Shown one piece after another: positions 26,180-36,049 of a DNA stretch of 64,000 bases. Numbering within the stretch: position 1 is the first letter of the stretch; the number at the start of each line of letters is the position of its first letter. The DNA comes from an uncultured Gemmatimonadales bacterium. Its GTDB lineage: Bacteria; Gemmatimonadota; Gemmatimonadetes; Gemmatimonadales; Gemmatimonadaceae. The notes beneath the pieces are model-generated. The model was not told the origin of the DNA. It was given only the letters and a program-made list of their open reading frames with translations, and did not search any database. The stretch is from assembly GCA_963851265.1 (NCBI GenBank), contig CAWKNZ010000006.1:64001-128000 (forward strand). Reading direction: 5' to 3'. The position numbers were made by a program, and so were the translations under genes.

Positions 26180-28645
26180 TCACGCGGTCGACGTTCCACG
26201 ACCGCTGCCGCCCGTGCCGCGCGTGAGCCGGCGCAGCACGAAGCCGAGTACAACCGCCGCGACCACGAGCCCGGCCTGCGCCGTGGTCACGCCCGTGAGC
26301 ACCGCCGCGACCAGCAGCAGCCCGCCGCCCCAGGCCACGGGCGCGGCGGGGATGTGGACCGTCGCCGGCGGCGCACCGGCGCGCCGGCGTAGGGCGGGCA
26401 GGGCGGCGCACGTCACCCCGTAAACCAGCAACCGCGCTGCGGTACTCACCGTGAGCGCGCCGCGAAACGTGCTCACGGCGGCGAGCACGAAGAACGACAG
26501 GGCGACGGCGCCGAGCGCGACCGAGGGCGTGCGAAAGCGGGGGTGGATGCGCCCCAGGACCGCGGGCAGCTCGCCGGCGTCGGCCATCGCGAGCGTGAGG
26601 CGCGACGCGGCGAGCAGCGCGGTGTGGAGCGTCCCCGCGATGGCGATCACGGCGCCGGCGACGACCACCGGCACCGCGGCGGCCCCGGCGATCTGCCGCG
26701 CCGCCGCGGCCAGCGGGCGCTCGGTGGTCGCCAGCTCCGGCACGGCGCCCACGCACACCGCCTGAACCGCGACGTAGAGCAGTGCGACCGCTACCAGCCC
26801 GGCGCCCAGCGCGACCGGGAGGTCGCGCCGCGGATCGCGGCTCTCCCCCGCGGCGATCACGGCCGTCTCGAAACCGGAGAACGCGAAGCAGAGCAGGAGC
26901 ACCGCCGTGCCGAACGCGGGCGCCGGCGGCGGAGCGCGTAACGCGAGGCGCGACGGCGCGACCGCGAACGCCCCCGCGACGACGAGCGCGACGATGGGCA
27001 GGAGCTTGGCCGCGGTCACGGCCGTACTCACCGCCGCGGCCACCCGGATGCCGCGCGCGTGGACGGCCGTGAGCGCGGCGAGGGCGACGACGATCACGAG
27101 CAGGCGTCCGCGCCCCGCGCCCGCGCCGGGCACGACCTGCGCGAGGTATTGCGCGAGCAGTCCGCAGAGCGCCGCGCCGCCCGCCAGACGCGCGACGAGG
27201 AGGAGCCACCCCGTGACGAAGCCGACGCGCACCCCGAACGCCTCGCGGGCATACAGATAAGGGCCACCGGTCGCGTCGAAGCGGCTTGCGACCTCGGCGA
27301 AGCACAGCACCACGAGCCCGATCACGATCGCGCTCGCGACCACCGCCGGCACGCTGTAGGCGCCCACGAGCCCGGCCACCGTCGACGGCAGCCCGTACAC
27401 CGCAGCGCCGACGACGCTGTTGATGGTCAGAGCGAGCAGTCCGCCGCGCCCGATCCCGCGCGCGAGGCCGCCGCCGGCGGCGCTCGTCAGGTGACCGGCG
27501 CCGCGCGCCCGCTCCCGTCGCGGCCCGCTCCGTCGTGGCGCCGCTCCGTCGTCGGCCGCCGCGCCGGGGTGCGCCGCCGGCGGCGCGACGCCACCGCGCA
27601 GCCTCGGCATCACGAGCTCGCCGAAGCGGCGGCACTCCTCGAGGTGCGGGTACCCCGACAGGATGAACGTCGAGATGCCTAACGCCTGGTAGGCGCGCAG
27701 CTTCGCCTCGACCTGCCCCGGGTCGCCGACGATCGCGACGCCCACGCCGGTGCGCGCCAGGCCCACGCCCGCCCAGAGGTTCTCCTCGACGACGAGCGAC
27801 GGCCCCCCGCTCAGCGCGGCCTGCCGCCGCTGCCCCTCGGAATCGACGCCGGACGCGGACGCGACGAAGCGGCGGCGGACCTCGGGGTCGATCCGGCTGA
27901 TGAGCCGTTCGGCCGCCTCCCACGCCTCGGACTCGGACTCGCGCACGACGACGTGGCAGCGCAGTCCGTAGCGCACGCGGCGTCCCACCCGCGCCTCCGC
28001 CGCTCGCATCGTCGACAGCCGCCGGTCGAGCATCGGGAGCGTGTCGCCCCACAGCAGGTACACGTCGGCGTGTCGCGCGGCCGTTTCCTGCGCCGCGTCG
28101 CTGTGCCCGCCGAGGTAGATCGGGATCGCCGGGCGCGGCTGCGGCGCGACGACCGCGCCGTGCAGCCGGTACCGGTCGGACTCGTGGTCCACCACCGGCT
28201 CGCTCCACAGGCGGCGCAGCAGCGCGCAGAACTCGTCGGTGCGCGCGTAGCGGGCCGCGTGGTCCTCGAAGTCGCCGTACATCGCGAGCTCGTCGGCGTT
28301 GGAACCGGTGACGACGTTCACGCGCACCCGGCCCGGGAAGAGGGTGGCAGCGGTCGCCGCCATCTTCGCGAACACGGCGGGGTGGAACATCCCGGGCCGC
28401 ACCGCGACGAGCAGCCCGGCGCCCTGCGTGCGCGCGAGCGTCGCCACCGACGCCGTCCACGCGTCGTGCTCCGCGTGGAAGTTGGTCGCCGTCAGCAGGC
28501 TCTCGAACCCCATCTCGGCCGCCGTCTCGACGAGCGCGGCCAGGTACGGGAGCGTCGGGCGGCGGGTCGGCGCGGTGCCGAGGAACTCGGCGTCGGGCGC
28601 GAGCTGGCAGAACCAGAGCAGCTCGAGCCCGTCGGGCGTGGGCAT
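26180..28645 (-). CDS. SsuD-like LLM flavin monooxygenase (28645-27491) in frame with an APC amino-acid permease (27490-26180)
   Basis: AVRPG, NVVTG, YLGGHS, ENLWAGVG, FILSGYPHLEE; then INSVVGAAVY, TGGPYLY, FSGFE and RFRTP permease motifs. No stop between them. Confidence 0.8.
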   Translation of the reverse strand: MPTPDGLELLWFCQLAPDAEFLGTAPTRRPTLPYLAALVETAAEMGFESLLTATNFHAEHDAWTASVATLARTQGAGLLVAVRPGMFHPAVFAKMAATAATLFPGRVRVNVVTGSNADELAMYGDFEDHAARYARTDEFCALLRRLWSEPVVDHESDRYRLHGAVVAPQPRPAIPIYLGGHSDAAQETAARHADVYLLWGDTLPMLDRRLSTMRAAEARVGRRVRYGLRCHVVVRESESEAWEAAERLISRIDPEVRRRFVASASGVDSEGQRRQAALSGGPSLVVEENLWAGVGLARTGVGVAIVGDPGQVEAKLRAYQALGISTFILSGYPHLEECRRFGELVMPRLRGGVAPPAAHPGAAADDGAAPRRSGPRRERARGAGHLTSAAGGGLARGIGRGGLLALTINSVVGAAVYGLPSTVAGLVGAYSVPAVVASAIVIGLVVLCFAEVASRFDATGGPYLYAREAFGVRVGFVTGWLLLVARLAGGAALCGLLAQYLAQVVPGAGAGRGRLLVIVVALAALTAVHARGIRVAAAVSTAVTAAKLLPIVALVVAGAFAVAPSRLALRAPPPAPAFGTAVLLLCFAFSGFETAVIAAGESRDPRRDLPVALGAGLVAVALLYVAVQAVCVGAVPELATTERPLAAAARQIAGAAAVPVVVAGAVIAIAGTLHTALLAASRLTLAMADAGELPAVLGRIHPRFRTPSVALGAVALSFFVLAAVSTFRGALTVSTAARLLVYGVTCAALPALRRRAGAPPATVHIPAAPVAWGGGLLLVAAVLTGVTTAQAGLVVAAVVLGFVLRRLTRGTGGSGRGTSTA

Positions 28646-28663
28646 CGATGACCGTGAATTCGG

Positions 28664-30547
28664 TTACGCGGGCGGCAGCGCCCGGCGTCCCGCCAGTGCC
28701 GTCAGCTGCAGCGCGACGGCCGGCGCGGACGGCTGCTCGCGCCCCGTCAGCTGCTGACGGCGCTCCGTCCGCCCGAGCACGCGCTGGTAGAAGTCGCCGA
28801 GCGGCTCGCCGGGTGTGCCGTCGGCGCCCCAGGCTTCGAGGAGCGGGCGCACCGTGTCGAGAATCGCGTCGAGCTTGACGTCGCTCGCGTACAGGTCGGC
28901 CATGCGGTCGCCCCGCATCGAGCCGCCGACGTACACGTTGTACAGCCCGAGCGAGCGCCCGACGAACGCCAGGTCGGCCGTGTACGGCCGCGCGCAGCCG
29001 TTGGGGCACCCGGTGGAGCGCACGGTGAGCGGCGCGTCGCCGAGCCCGAGGCGCGCGAGCTCGGGCTGCAGCCGGTCGAGGATCCCGGGCAGCGCGCGCT
29101 CCGACTCGGCCACCGCGAGGCCGCACGTGGGCAGGGCGGGGCACGCCATCGAGAAGCGCCGCACGGCCGGCAGCGACTCCGCGGGCGCGACGCCGTGGGC
29201 CTCGAGGATCGCCTCGACGCGCGCGACCGCCGCGTCGGGCAGGTCCGTGAGCAGCAGGTTCTGCTGCGGGGTGAGCACCACGCCCGGGCGCAACTCCTCG
29301 ACGATCGTGCGGAGCGCCGTGCGCAGCCGCGCCGTCTCGCGATCCGAGATGCGCCCGCTCTGCACGAACACCCCGTAATGCGAGCGGCCGCCGCCCGCCG
29401 GGCGGCGGCCGAGGTGGTCGTCGGGCACGCCGGCCGCGACGGGGGCCGTGGGGTGGAGCGGGAACGCCGCACGCCGCGCGAACTCCTCGCGGAAGCGCTC
29501 GATTCCCCAGGCGGCCAGCAGGTACTTGAGGCGCGAGTGGCGGCGGTCGGCGCGGTTGCCGTGGTCGCGGAAGATGGCGGCGACGATCTGCGCGGCCGCC
29601 ACCGCGTCCCCGACCGCGACCATGCCTAACGGCTGGCCGAGCTGGGCGATGGTGTCGGGCTTGTTGGCCGTCATCCCGAGGCCGCCCCCGACGAGCACGT
29701 TGAACCCGGCGACCGTGCCGTCGTCGGCCACGACGCCGATCAACCCGACGTCCTGCGCGTAGACGTCGGTGGTGTTGTCGGTCGAGAGGGCGACGCCGAC
29801 CTTGAACTTGCGCGGCAGGTACTGCGTCCCGTAGAACGGCTCCTCCGGCGAGGGCGACGAGGCCGCCCCGGCCACGGGCGCGGCGCCGGCCGGCAGCGGC
29901 GTGCTCGCGCTCGTCTCGCGTACCACGAGCGTGTCCGGGTCGACCTGCAGGCCGTCGATCCACAGCTCGAAGTAGGCGCGACTCGCGGGACGCAGCGCGG
30001 TGGCGATCTCGCGCGCGACGCGCCGCGCGGTCGCGTGCGCGGCGTCCTCGTAGGGCGCGGCCGGCGCCATCACGTTGCGCGACACGTCGCCGCACGCGGA
30101 GATCGTCGTCGCCACGTTCTCGTTGATGGCCGCGATCGCGGGACGCAGGTCGCCCTTGAGCACGCCGTGAAACTGGAAGCCCTGGCGCGTCGTGATGCGC
30201 AGCGTGCCGTTCGCGCGCTCCTCGGCCAACCGGTCGAAGTCGAGGTACTGCTCGGCGGTCATCGCGCCGCCCGGGAGCACCACGCGCACCATGTAGCTCC
30301 AGGCGCGGTCCTGTCCGGCGGCGGCGCGGGCGCGACGCACATCGCGGTCGTCCTGCTGGTACGAGCCGTGGAACTTGAGCAGCACCACGTCGTCGTCGCC
30401 GAAGCGCGGTGCGTCCGACGCGAGCGTTTCGGCGAGCGTGCCGCGGAGGGCGCGGCTCAACCGCTTCGCGCGTTCGACCTTCGATTCGCCGGCCGGCGCG
30501 CCGTCCTCGCCCGCCGACCCCGCCGCGTCGTCCTGTGGATCCGCCAT
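28664..30547 (-). CDS. Assimilatory sulfite reductase hemoprotein (siroheme/4Fe-4S; CysI/Sir family)
   Basis: KFHGSYQQDDRD, RITTRQ, ACGDVSRN, YLPRKFK, ACPALPTC, TGCPNGC. Confidence 0.9.
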   Translation of the reverse strand: MADPQDDAAGSAGEDGAPAGESKVERAKRLSRALRGTLAETLASDAPRFGDDDVVLLKFHGSYQQDDRDVRRARAAAGQDRAWSYMVRVVLPGGAMTAEQYLDFDRLAEERANGTLRITTRQGFQFHGVLKGDLRPAIAAINENVATTISACGDVSRNVMAPAAPYEDAAHATARRVAREIATALRPASRAYFELWIDGLQVDPDTLVVRETSASTPLPAGAAPVAGAASSPSPEEPFYGTQYLPRKFKVGVALSTDNTTDVYAQDVGLIGVVADDGTVAGFNVLVGGGLGMTANKPDTIAQLGQPLGMVAVGDAVAAAQIVAAIFRDHGNRADRRHSRLKYLLAAWGIERFREEFARRAAFPLHPTAPVAAGVPDDHLGRRPAGGGRSHYGVFVQSGRISDRETARLRTALRTIVEELRPGVVLTPQQNLLLTDLPDAAVARVEAILEAHGVAPAESLPAVRRFSMACPALPTCGLAVAESERALPGILDRLQPELARLGLGDAPLTVRSTGCPNGCARPYTADLAFVGRSLGLYNVYVGGSMRGDRMADLYASDVKLDAILDTVRPLLEAWGADGTPGEPLGDFYQRVLGRTERRQQLTGREQPSAPAVALQLTALAGRRALPPA

Positions 30548-30633
30548 CTCGCCGTTCCTCCCCGCCACGTGCTGCCGTGGACGCCGGTGCGTGCGGACCC
30601 GGGTGGCCCGCCGTTCTCCCCTCACGACATCTC

Positions 30634-30665
30634 AGCCCTAACATAATCAGCACTGTAGGGGTTTG
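30634..30665. promoter_or_regulatory. AT-rich dyad CCCTA-N15-TAGGG between the divergent sulfite reductase and cysG genes
   Basis: CCCTA at 30636-30640 and TAGGG at 30656-30660; the only AT-rich patch in this gap. Confidence 0.45.
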
Positions 30666-30741
30666 ATTGCGGCTCGGTCGCGGCGGTGTGCACGCCGCCG
30701 CGAGCCATCGACAGGGCCGGTCGGCGTGGGGAGGTGCAGGC

Positions 30742-32364
30742 GTGGCAGCGTACTATCCGGTGTCGCTCGATCTCGCGGGGCGGCGGTGCGTGGTCGTCGG
30801 CGGTGGGGCGATCGCGGAAGGGAAGGTGGACGGGCTCCTCGCGGCGTGCGCGCGCGTGGCCGTCGTCGCCCCGGCGCTCTCGCCGAGCCTCGCGGCGCAT
30901 CACGAGGCCGGGCGGCTGGCGTGGGTCGCGCGCGAGTACCGCGCGGGCGATCTCGCGGGGGCGTGGCTCACCATCGCGGCGACCGACGACGGGGCCGTGA
31001 ACGACGCGGTGTGGCGCGACGCCGAGGCCGCGGGGGTGCTCGCGCAGGTGGTCGACGACCCGCCGCGGTGCCACTTCATCCTGCCGTCGATCGTCGCACG
31101 CGGCGACCTCACGGTCGCGGTGTCGACGTCGGGCAGCGCGCCGGCGCTCGCCGTGCGTCTGCGCGAGCGCATCGGCGCGATGCTCGGCGACGAGCACGCG
31201 CGCTTCCTCGCGATGGCGCGGCGCGTGCGGGCGCCGCTCGCGCGACGCACGCCCGACTTCGCGACGCGCAAGCGCGCCTGGTATGGCCTGGTCGACTCGG
31301 ACGTGCTCGAGCGGCTGCGCGCGGGCGACGAGGCCGGCGCGCGCGCGCGCTTCGTCGAGTGGCTCGGCGTCGCGCCGCCGGCGGAGGAGGAGCCGCCGGC
31401 CGCGGGCGCCGGCGGCTACGTGTGTCCGGCCGGCCGGCCGTGCGTGCCCGGCTGCACGGGGGCCGGCGCGCGCCGGGCGGCCGCGGTGCGTTCGTTAGGC
31501 ATGGAGGACGGACCGTCGGAGAATGGACCGGCGGGCGCCGCCGCGGCGGAGCGGAGCCCCGGCACCGTGTGGCTCGTCGGCGCCGGGCCGGGCGACCCGG
31601 AGCTCATCACCCTGGCCGGCGTGCGCGCGCTCCGGGGCGCGGACGTGGTGCTGTTCGACCGCCTCGCGCACCCCGACCTGCTCGAGGAGGCGCCGCCGCA
31701 CGCGCTGCGCATCGACGTCGGCAAGAGCGCGGGTGACGCGGCCGCGGGGCGGGGCATGACGCAGCGCGAGATCGACGCGCTCATCGTCGCCCACGCGTGC
31801 GCGGGGCGCGCGGTGGTGCGGCTCAAGGGTGGCGACCCGTTCGTCTTCGGCCGCGGGTCGGAGGAGGCGGCCGCGTGCGCGCGGCACGGCATCCCGTGTC
31901 GCGTCGTCCCCGGCGTGTCGAGCGCGATCGCGGCGCCGGCGTCGGCGGGGATCCCGGTCACCGCGCGCGGCACCGCCGCGTCGTTCGCCGTGGTCACCGC
32001 GCACCGCGCGGATGGCGCCGACGACGACCCGCTCGCGGGCGTCGCGCACGCCGACACGGTGGTCGTGCTCATGGGTGCAGCGCGGCTCGCCGCGGTCGCG
32101 GACGCGCTGGTCGCGCACGGACGCGACGCGAGCACGCCGGCCGCGGTCGTCGAGCGGGGCACCCTCCCGGGGCAGCGCACCGTGCGCGGCACGCTCGGCA
32201 CGATCGCCGTGCGGGCGGCGGCCGAGGACGTGCGCGCACCGGCCACGCTCGTCGTCGGCGACGTCGTCGCGCTCCCGGTCGTTCCGGTCGCGGCGGCGCC
32301 GGGCAACGCGGTGGCGCGTTACGAAACGGGTGGCCTTCCGCGATCGCGGGAGGCCACCCGTTGA
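30742..32364 (+). CDS. cysG: Siroheme synthase (precorrin-2 dehydrogenase/ferrochelatase plus uroporphyrinogen-III C-methyltransferase)
   Basis: GGAGG RBS and GTG; VVGGGAIA, STSGSAP, LVGAGPGDPELIT, RLKGGDPFVFGRG. Confidence 0.9.
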   Translation: MAAYYPVSLDLAGRRCVVVGGGAIAEGKVDGLLAACARVAVVAPALSPSLAAHHEAGRLAWVAREYRAGDLAGAWLTIAATDDGAVNDAVWRDAEAAGVLAQVVDDPPRCHFILPSIVARGDLTVAVSTSGSAPALAVRLRERIGAMLGDEHARFLAMARRVRAPLARRTPDFATRKRAWYGLVDSDVLERLRAGDEAGARARFVEWLGVAPPAEEEPPAAGAGGYVCPAGRPCVPGCTGAGARRAAAVRSLGMEDGPSENGPAGAAAAERSPGTVWLVGAGPGDPELITLAGVRALRGADVVLFDRLAHPDLLEEAPPHALRIDVGKSAGDAAAGRGMTQREIDALIVAHACAGRAVVRLKGGDPFVFGRGSEEAAACARHGIPCRVVPGVSSAIAAPASAGIPVTARGTAASFAVVTAHRADGADDDPLAGVAHADTVVVLMGAARLAAVADALVAHGRDASTPAAVVERGTLPGQRTVRGTLGTIAVRAAAEDVRAPATLVVGDVVALPVVPVAAAPGNAVARYETGGLPRSREATR

Positions 32365-32400
32365 CCGAGCCCGTGGGGGCCGGCTACCGCGCGCCCTGCC

Positions 32401-35400
32401 TCACGGGTCGTCGCGGTTCTCGTCCTCTCCGATCGCCGGCCCCGCGTCATCGCCCCCGCTCAGTCGCTCCACGCGCAGCAGCTGACGGTAGCGCTGCCCG
32501 TTGACGGTGAGCGTGACCAGGTAGTCGCCGCTCGCGACCGCCGGCGCGGCCCCGCGCCCGCGCCCGCCGCCGAACAGCCCGAACCCGCCGCGCTCGACCG
32601 GGCGTCCCGGAACGCGGAGCAGCTCGGTGATCGCTTCGGTGCCGCCCGGGAACGCGTTGATCGCGTCGAGTGGGCTCTCCTCAACACCGCCCGCGGCCGC
32701 ACCCTCGCCGCCGGCGGCAGCGCCGGGACGCGCCGCGCCGGCGCCGACGAACGCGCCCTCACCCGGGCGGGCGACGAACGCGCTCCCCGTGCCGCCCCGC
32801 TGGCTCGCGCGGAAGAAAGTCGCCGCATCGACCGCCCCCGAGGTGATCTGTCGGAGCGTCGCGACGATCTGGCGTGACGTGCCCGCCTTCTCGAGCGAGT
32901 CGATCACGAACGTCGCGCGCTGCGCGCGCTCCACGCTGTCGCGCCGCTGCGAGGGCGAGAGGGGCGGGCGCGGTGCCGGGCGGCCGCGGAAGTCCCACAC
33001 GACGCGGTGCAGCCCGGCCGTGGCCGGGCCCGTGAGCGTGCGGACCGTGTCGCCGCGCGCGTTCGTGATGAGGATGCTCGCCTGCGGCCCGCGCGGGCCG
33101 CGCCGCCCGCCGCCGGGTCCGGCGGCTGCGTTGCCCGCCGCGCCTGGCGCGCCCGCGCCCTGCGTCGCCGCCACGGCGGTCGCGCTCGGCGGCGGCGGCG
33201 TGCCGGCGCGGGCGGCCGTCGGGCTCTCGTCCTGCGCCGTCGCGCCCGCGGCGGCCGCGGTGTTGTTCCCGACCACCGTCGTCGCCCCGCCGCCGTTGGG
33301 CGCGTCGCCGGGGCCGATGCGCGCCACCGCGGCGCCGGCCGCCGCACCCGCCACGCGGTACACGATCTCCGCGCCGTATCCCGGGCTCGGCGCCGCGAAC
33401 ACCTTCTGCCCCGAGCCGTTGGACGACTCACCCGTCGCCGGCCCCTGGCCGTACTCGTAGCCCGTCTTCGGCTCGAAGAGGTACGTCGGAGCGGCGGCGA
33501 CCGTCGCCATGCGGCTTCCCGCCATCTGCTGCAGCGGCGTCACGTCGACGATCCACAGCCCGCGGCCGTGCGTGGCCGCGATCAGCTCGCGGTCGCGCGG
33601 GTGCACCTTGAGGTCGAACACCGGCACGGTCGGCAGTCCGGCCATGAAGCGCTGCCACGACGCGCCGCGGTCGAGCGAGACGTACGCGCCTAACGACGTG
33701 CCGACGTAGAGCAGGTCGCGGTTGACCGGGTCCTCGCGGATCACGTGCACCTGGTCCGCGCTCCCCGTCGGCAGCCCCGCGGCGATCGAGCGGAACGTGC
33801 GCCCGCCGTCGGTCGTCGCGTAGACGTACGGCGTGAAGTCGTTCCAGCGGTGGTTGTCGAAGGTGACGTAGAAGGTGAGCGAGTCGAAGTGCGACGGCTC
33901 GATGCGGCTCACGTAGACGTCGCCGCGGGCCAGCCCCGGGAAGCGCGCCGCGGAGATCTGCTCCCACGACGCGCCGTCGGTGCGCGTCGTCCACACGTTG
34001 CCGTCGTCGGTGCCGGCGTACAGGAATCCGGGCCGCAGGTACGACTCCGCCAGCGAGACGATCGTGCCGTACGTCTCCGCGCCGGTGGCGTCGAGCGTGA
34101 TGCCGCCCGTCTTGTTGATGCTCGTGTCGATCTTGGCGCGCTGCTGCTTCGAAAGGTCGGGCGAGATGAAATAGAGGCTGTCGCCGCGCCGCGTGGACTT
34201 GAGCACGCGGTTGCCACCCACGTACACCACGTCGGGGTTGTGCGGCGAGAGGAAGAACGGCGTCTCCCAGTTGAAGCGCACGTCGAACGCGGCGGAGTCG
34301 GCGCGCTGGCGCTCGCGAATCGCGGTGACGCGCTCGCGAACGTCGCGCGTTTCCGGCCGCGTGGTGTCGCCCCGCGCGACGAGCACGGAATCCTCGAACT
34401 GCTGGTAGCGCGGCCGGAACGCGGGTTTGACCAGCGCGTTCCGCTCGCCGGTGCGCAGGTTGAGGCGCGAGATGTTGCCGCCCTGCGACTCGCCGAACAC
34501 CACCCACGATTCCTGGGGGTGCTGCGCCGTGTAGAACCCGTCGCCGCCGGCGATGGTGAACCAGTAGGCGTTGGTCACGGGCCCGCTCTTGCGCCGGCTC
34601 GGCCCGCACCACGAGCCGTTGTCCTGGGCGCCCGCGCACACGTTGTACGGCGTCTCGAAGTCGTAGCTGACGTCGTAGAACTGGGCGATCGGCAGGACGG
34701 CGCTGAAGTCGTAGTTGCCGCCGCCGTCCCACGTGATCGAGATGCCGCCGTCGTCGCCGACGACCATGTGCTCGGGGTCGCCCGGGTCGATCCACATCGC
34801 GTGGTGGTCGACGTGGATGCCCTGCGTGGCCGTGCGCGCGGTCCTGCCGCCGTCGCTGGACACGAGCACCGGCGTCGACGAGAACCAGACGCGGTCGGGA
34901 TTGCGCGGGTGCACGCGCACCTGCGAGTAGTAGAACGGGCGCGTGTCGGCGTCGTTCATCTTCTCCCACGTGCGGCCGCCGTCCTTCGTGCGGTACAGTC
35001 CGTTCCCGAGCTTCTGCTTCGGCGTCCCCTTCGGCACGGTGCGCCCGCGGACCGAGTCGGCCTCGACCAGCGCGTAGACGATGTTCGGGTCCTGCGGGTA
35101 GATCGAGAAGTTGATGCGTCCCTTCTGCGTCTCGGGGAAGCCGCCGCCGCGGATCTCGGTCCACGTGGCGCCGGCGTCGGTGCTCTTCCACAGCCCGGAG
35201 CCCGGCCCGCCGCTCGTCAGGAAGTAGGGGCCGCGGACGCGCTCGTAGCTCGACGCCCACACCGTGTTGGGGTCCTTGGGGTCGATCGCCACGTCCACGA
35301 AGCCGGCGCGCGGACTCACGAACTTGACGAGCTTCCACGTCGCCCCGCCGTCCTCGGTCTTGTAGAGCCCGCGCTCGGGGTTCGCCGCCCACGCCGCGCC

Positions 35401-35907
35401 CAACGCCGCGACGTAGACGACGTTGGGGTTGGTCGGGTGCACCGCGATGCGCCCGATGTGTTGCGTCTTCTCGAGCCCCATCGGCTTCCACGTCAGGCCG
35501 CCGTCCGTGCTCTTGTAGATGCCGTGGCCGGGCTCGATGGTGTTGCGCGAGTTCTGCTCGCCGGTGCCGGCCCACACCTGCTGCGTGTCGGAGGGCGCGA
35601 CGGCGAGCGCGCCCATTGCGATCACACGCTGGTCGTCGAAGACGGGGCGGAAGGTGGTCCCGCCGTTCGTGGTCTTCCAGATGCCGCCCGCGACCGACGA
35701 GACGAAAAACGTCTTCGACGGCGACGGGATGCCGGCGATGTCGGAGACGCGTCCCTCGAAGTTCGCCGGTCCGACGGTACGCCAGCGGAAGCCGGCGAGG
35801 GTGGCGGAGTCGAGGGCGGGGTGGGGGGCGGCCGCGGGCTGCTGGGCAGCGAGGGTGCCGCTCCAGCATGCGGCGAGGATCGCCAGAGAGGGGCGCGGTC
35901 GGGGCAT
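32401..35907 (-). CDS. VPS10/BNR-repeat secreted glycosyl-hydrolase-like protein (A)
   Basis: WRTVGP..GR start and many SxDGGxTW Asp-boxes; AATHGRG. Confidence 0.85.
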   Translation of the reverse strand: MPRPRPSLAILAACWSGTLAAQQPAAAPHPALDSATLAGFRWRTVGPANFEGRVSDIAGIPSPSKTFFVSSVAGGIWKTTNGGTTFRPVFDDQRVIAMGALAVAPSDTQQVWAGTGEQNSRNTIEPGHGIYKSTDGGLTWKPMGLEKTQHIGRIAVHPTNPNVVYVAALGAAWAANPERGLYKTEDGGATWKLVKFVSPRAGFVDVAIDPKDPNTVWASSYERVRGPYFLTSGGPGSGLWKSTDAGATWTEIRGGGFPETQKGRINFSIYPQDPNIVYALVEADSVRGRTVPKGTPKQKLGNGLYRTKDGGRTWEKMNDADTRPFYYSQVRVHPRNPDRVWFSSTPVLVSSDGGRTARTATQGIHVDHHAMWIDPGDPEHMVVGDDGGISITWDGGGNYDFSAVLPIAQFYDVSYDFETPYNVCAGAQDNGSWCGPSRRKSGPVTNAYWFTIAGGDGFYTAQHPQESWVVFGESQGGNISRLNLRTGERNALVKPAFRPRYQQFEDSVLVARGDTTRPETRDVRERVTAIRERQRADSAAFDVRFNWETPFFLSPHNPDVVYVGGNRVLKSTRRGDSLYFISPDLSKQQRAKIDTSINKTGGITLDATGAETYGTIVSLAESYLRPGFLYAGTDDGNVWTTRTDGASWEQISAARFPGLARGDVYVSRIEPSHFDSLTFYVTFDNHRWNDFTPYVYATTDGGRTFRSIAAGLPTGSADQVHVIREDPVNRDLLYVGTSLGAYVSLDRGASWQRFMAGLPTVPVFDLKVHPRDRELIAATHGRGLWIVDVTPLQQMAGSRMATVAAAPTYLFEPKTGYEYGQGPATGESSNGSGQKVFAAPSPGYGAEIVYRVAGAAAGAAVARIGPGDAPNGGGATTVVGNNTAAAAGATAQDESPTAARAGTPPPPSATAVAATQGAGAPGAAGNAAAGPGGGRRGPRGPQASILITNARGDTVRTLTGPATAGLHRVVWDFRGRPAPRPPLSPSQRRDSVERAQRATFVIDSLEKAGTSRQIVATLRQITSGAVDAATFFRASQRGGTGSAFVARPGEGAFVGAGAARPGAAAGGEGAAAGGVEESPLDAINAFPGGTEAITELLRVPGRPVERGGFGLFGGGRGRGAAPAVASGDYLVTLTVNGQRYRQLLRVERLSGGDDAGPAIGEDENRDDP

Positions 35908-35980
35908 GGGCGGTGGAGCGTGGGCTGGGGCCGTGGCACCACCGGGCCGGATCGCCGCACGTGGTGACGACGGCGCTACG

Positions 35981-36024
35981 CAGCGCGCCCGCGGAGCGCT
36001 GTGAGACGCTCCGCGGGCGCGCTG
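35981..36024 (-). terminator. Perfect 18-bp inverted repeat downstream of PEP-CTERM gene 1
   Basis: CAGCGCGCCCGCGGAGCG-N8-CGCTCCGCGGGCGCGCTG; no clear U tract. Confidence 0.6.
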
Positions 36025-36049
36025 GGTACCGCCCGGGGGTGATCCCGCG

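Noticed and set aside
26124..30653. 1509-aa ORF, and similar long ORFs at 11588-14065, 18099-20966, 45329-48238 and 54877-57429
   Set aside because: Arg/Gly/Ala-rich off-frame or antisense translations overlapping clearly identifiable genes.
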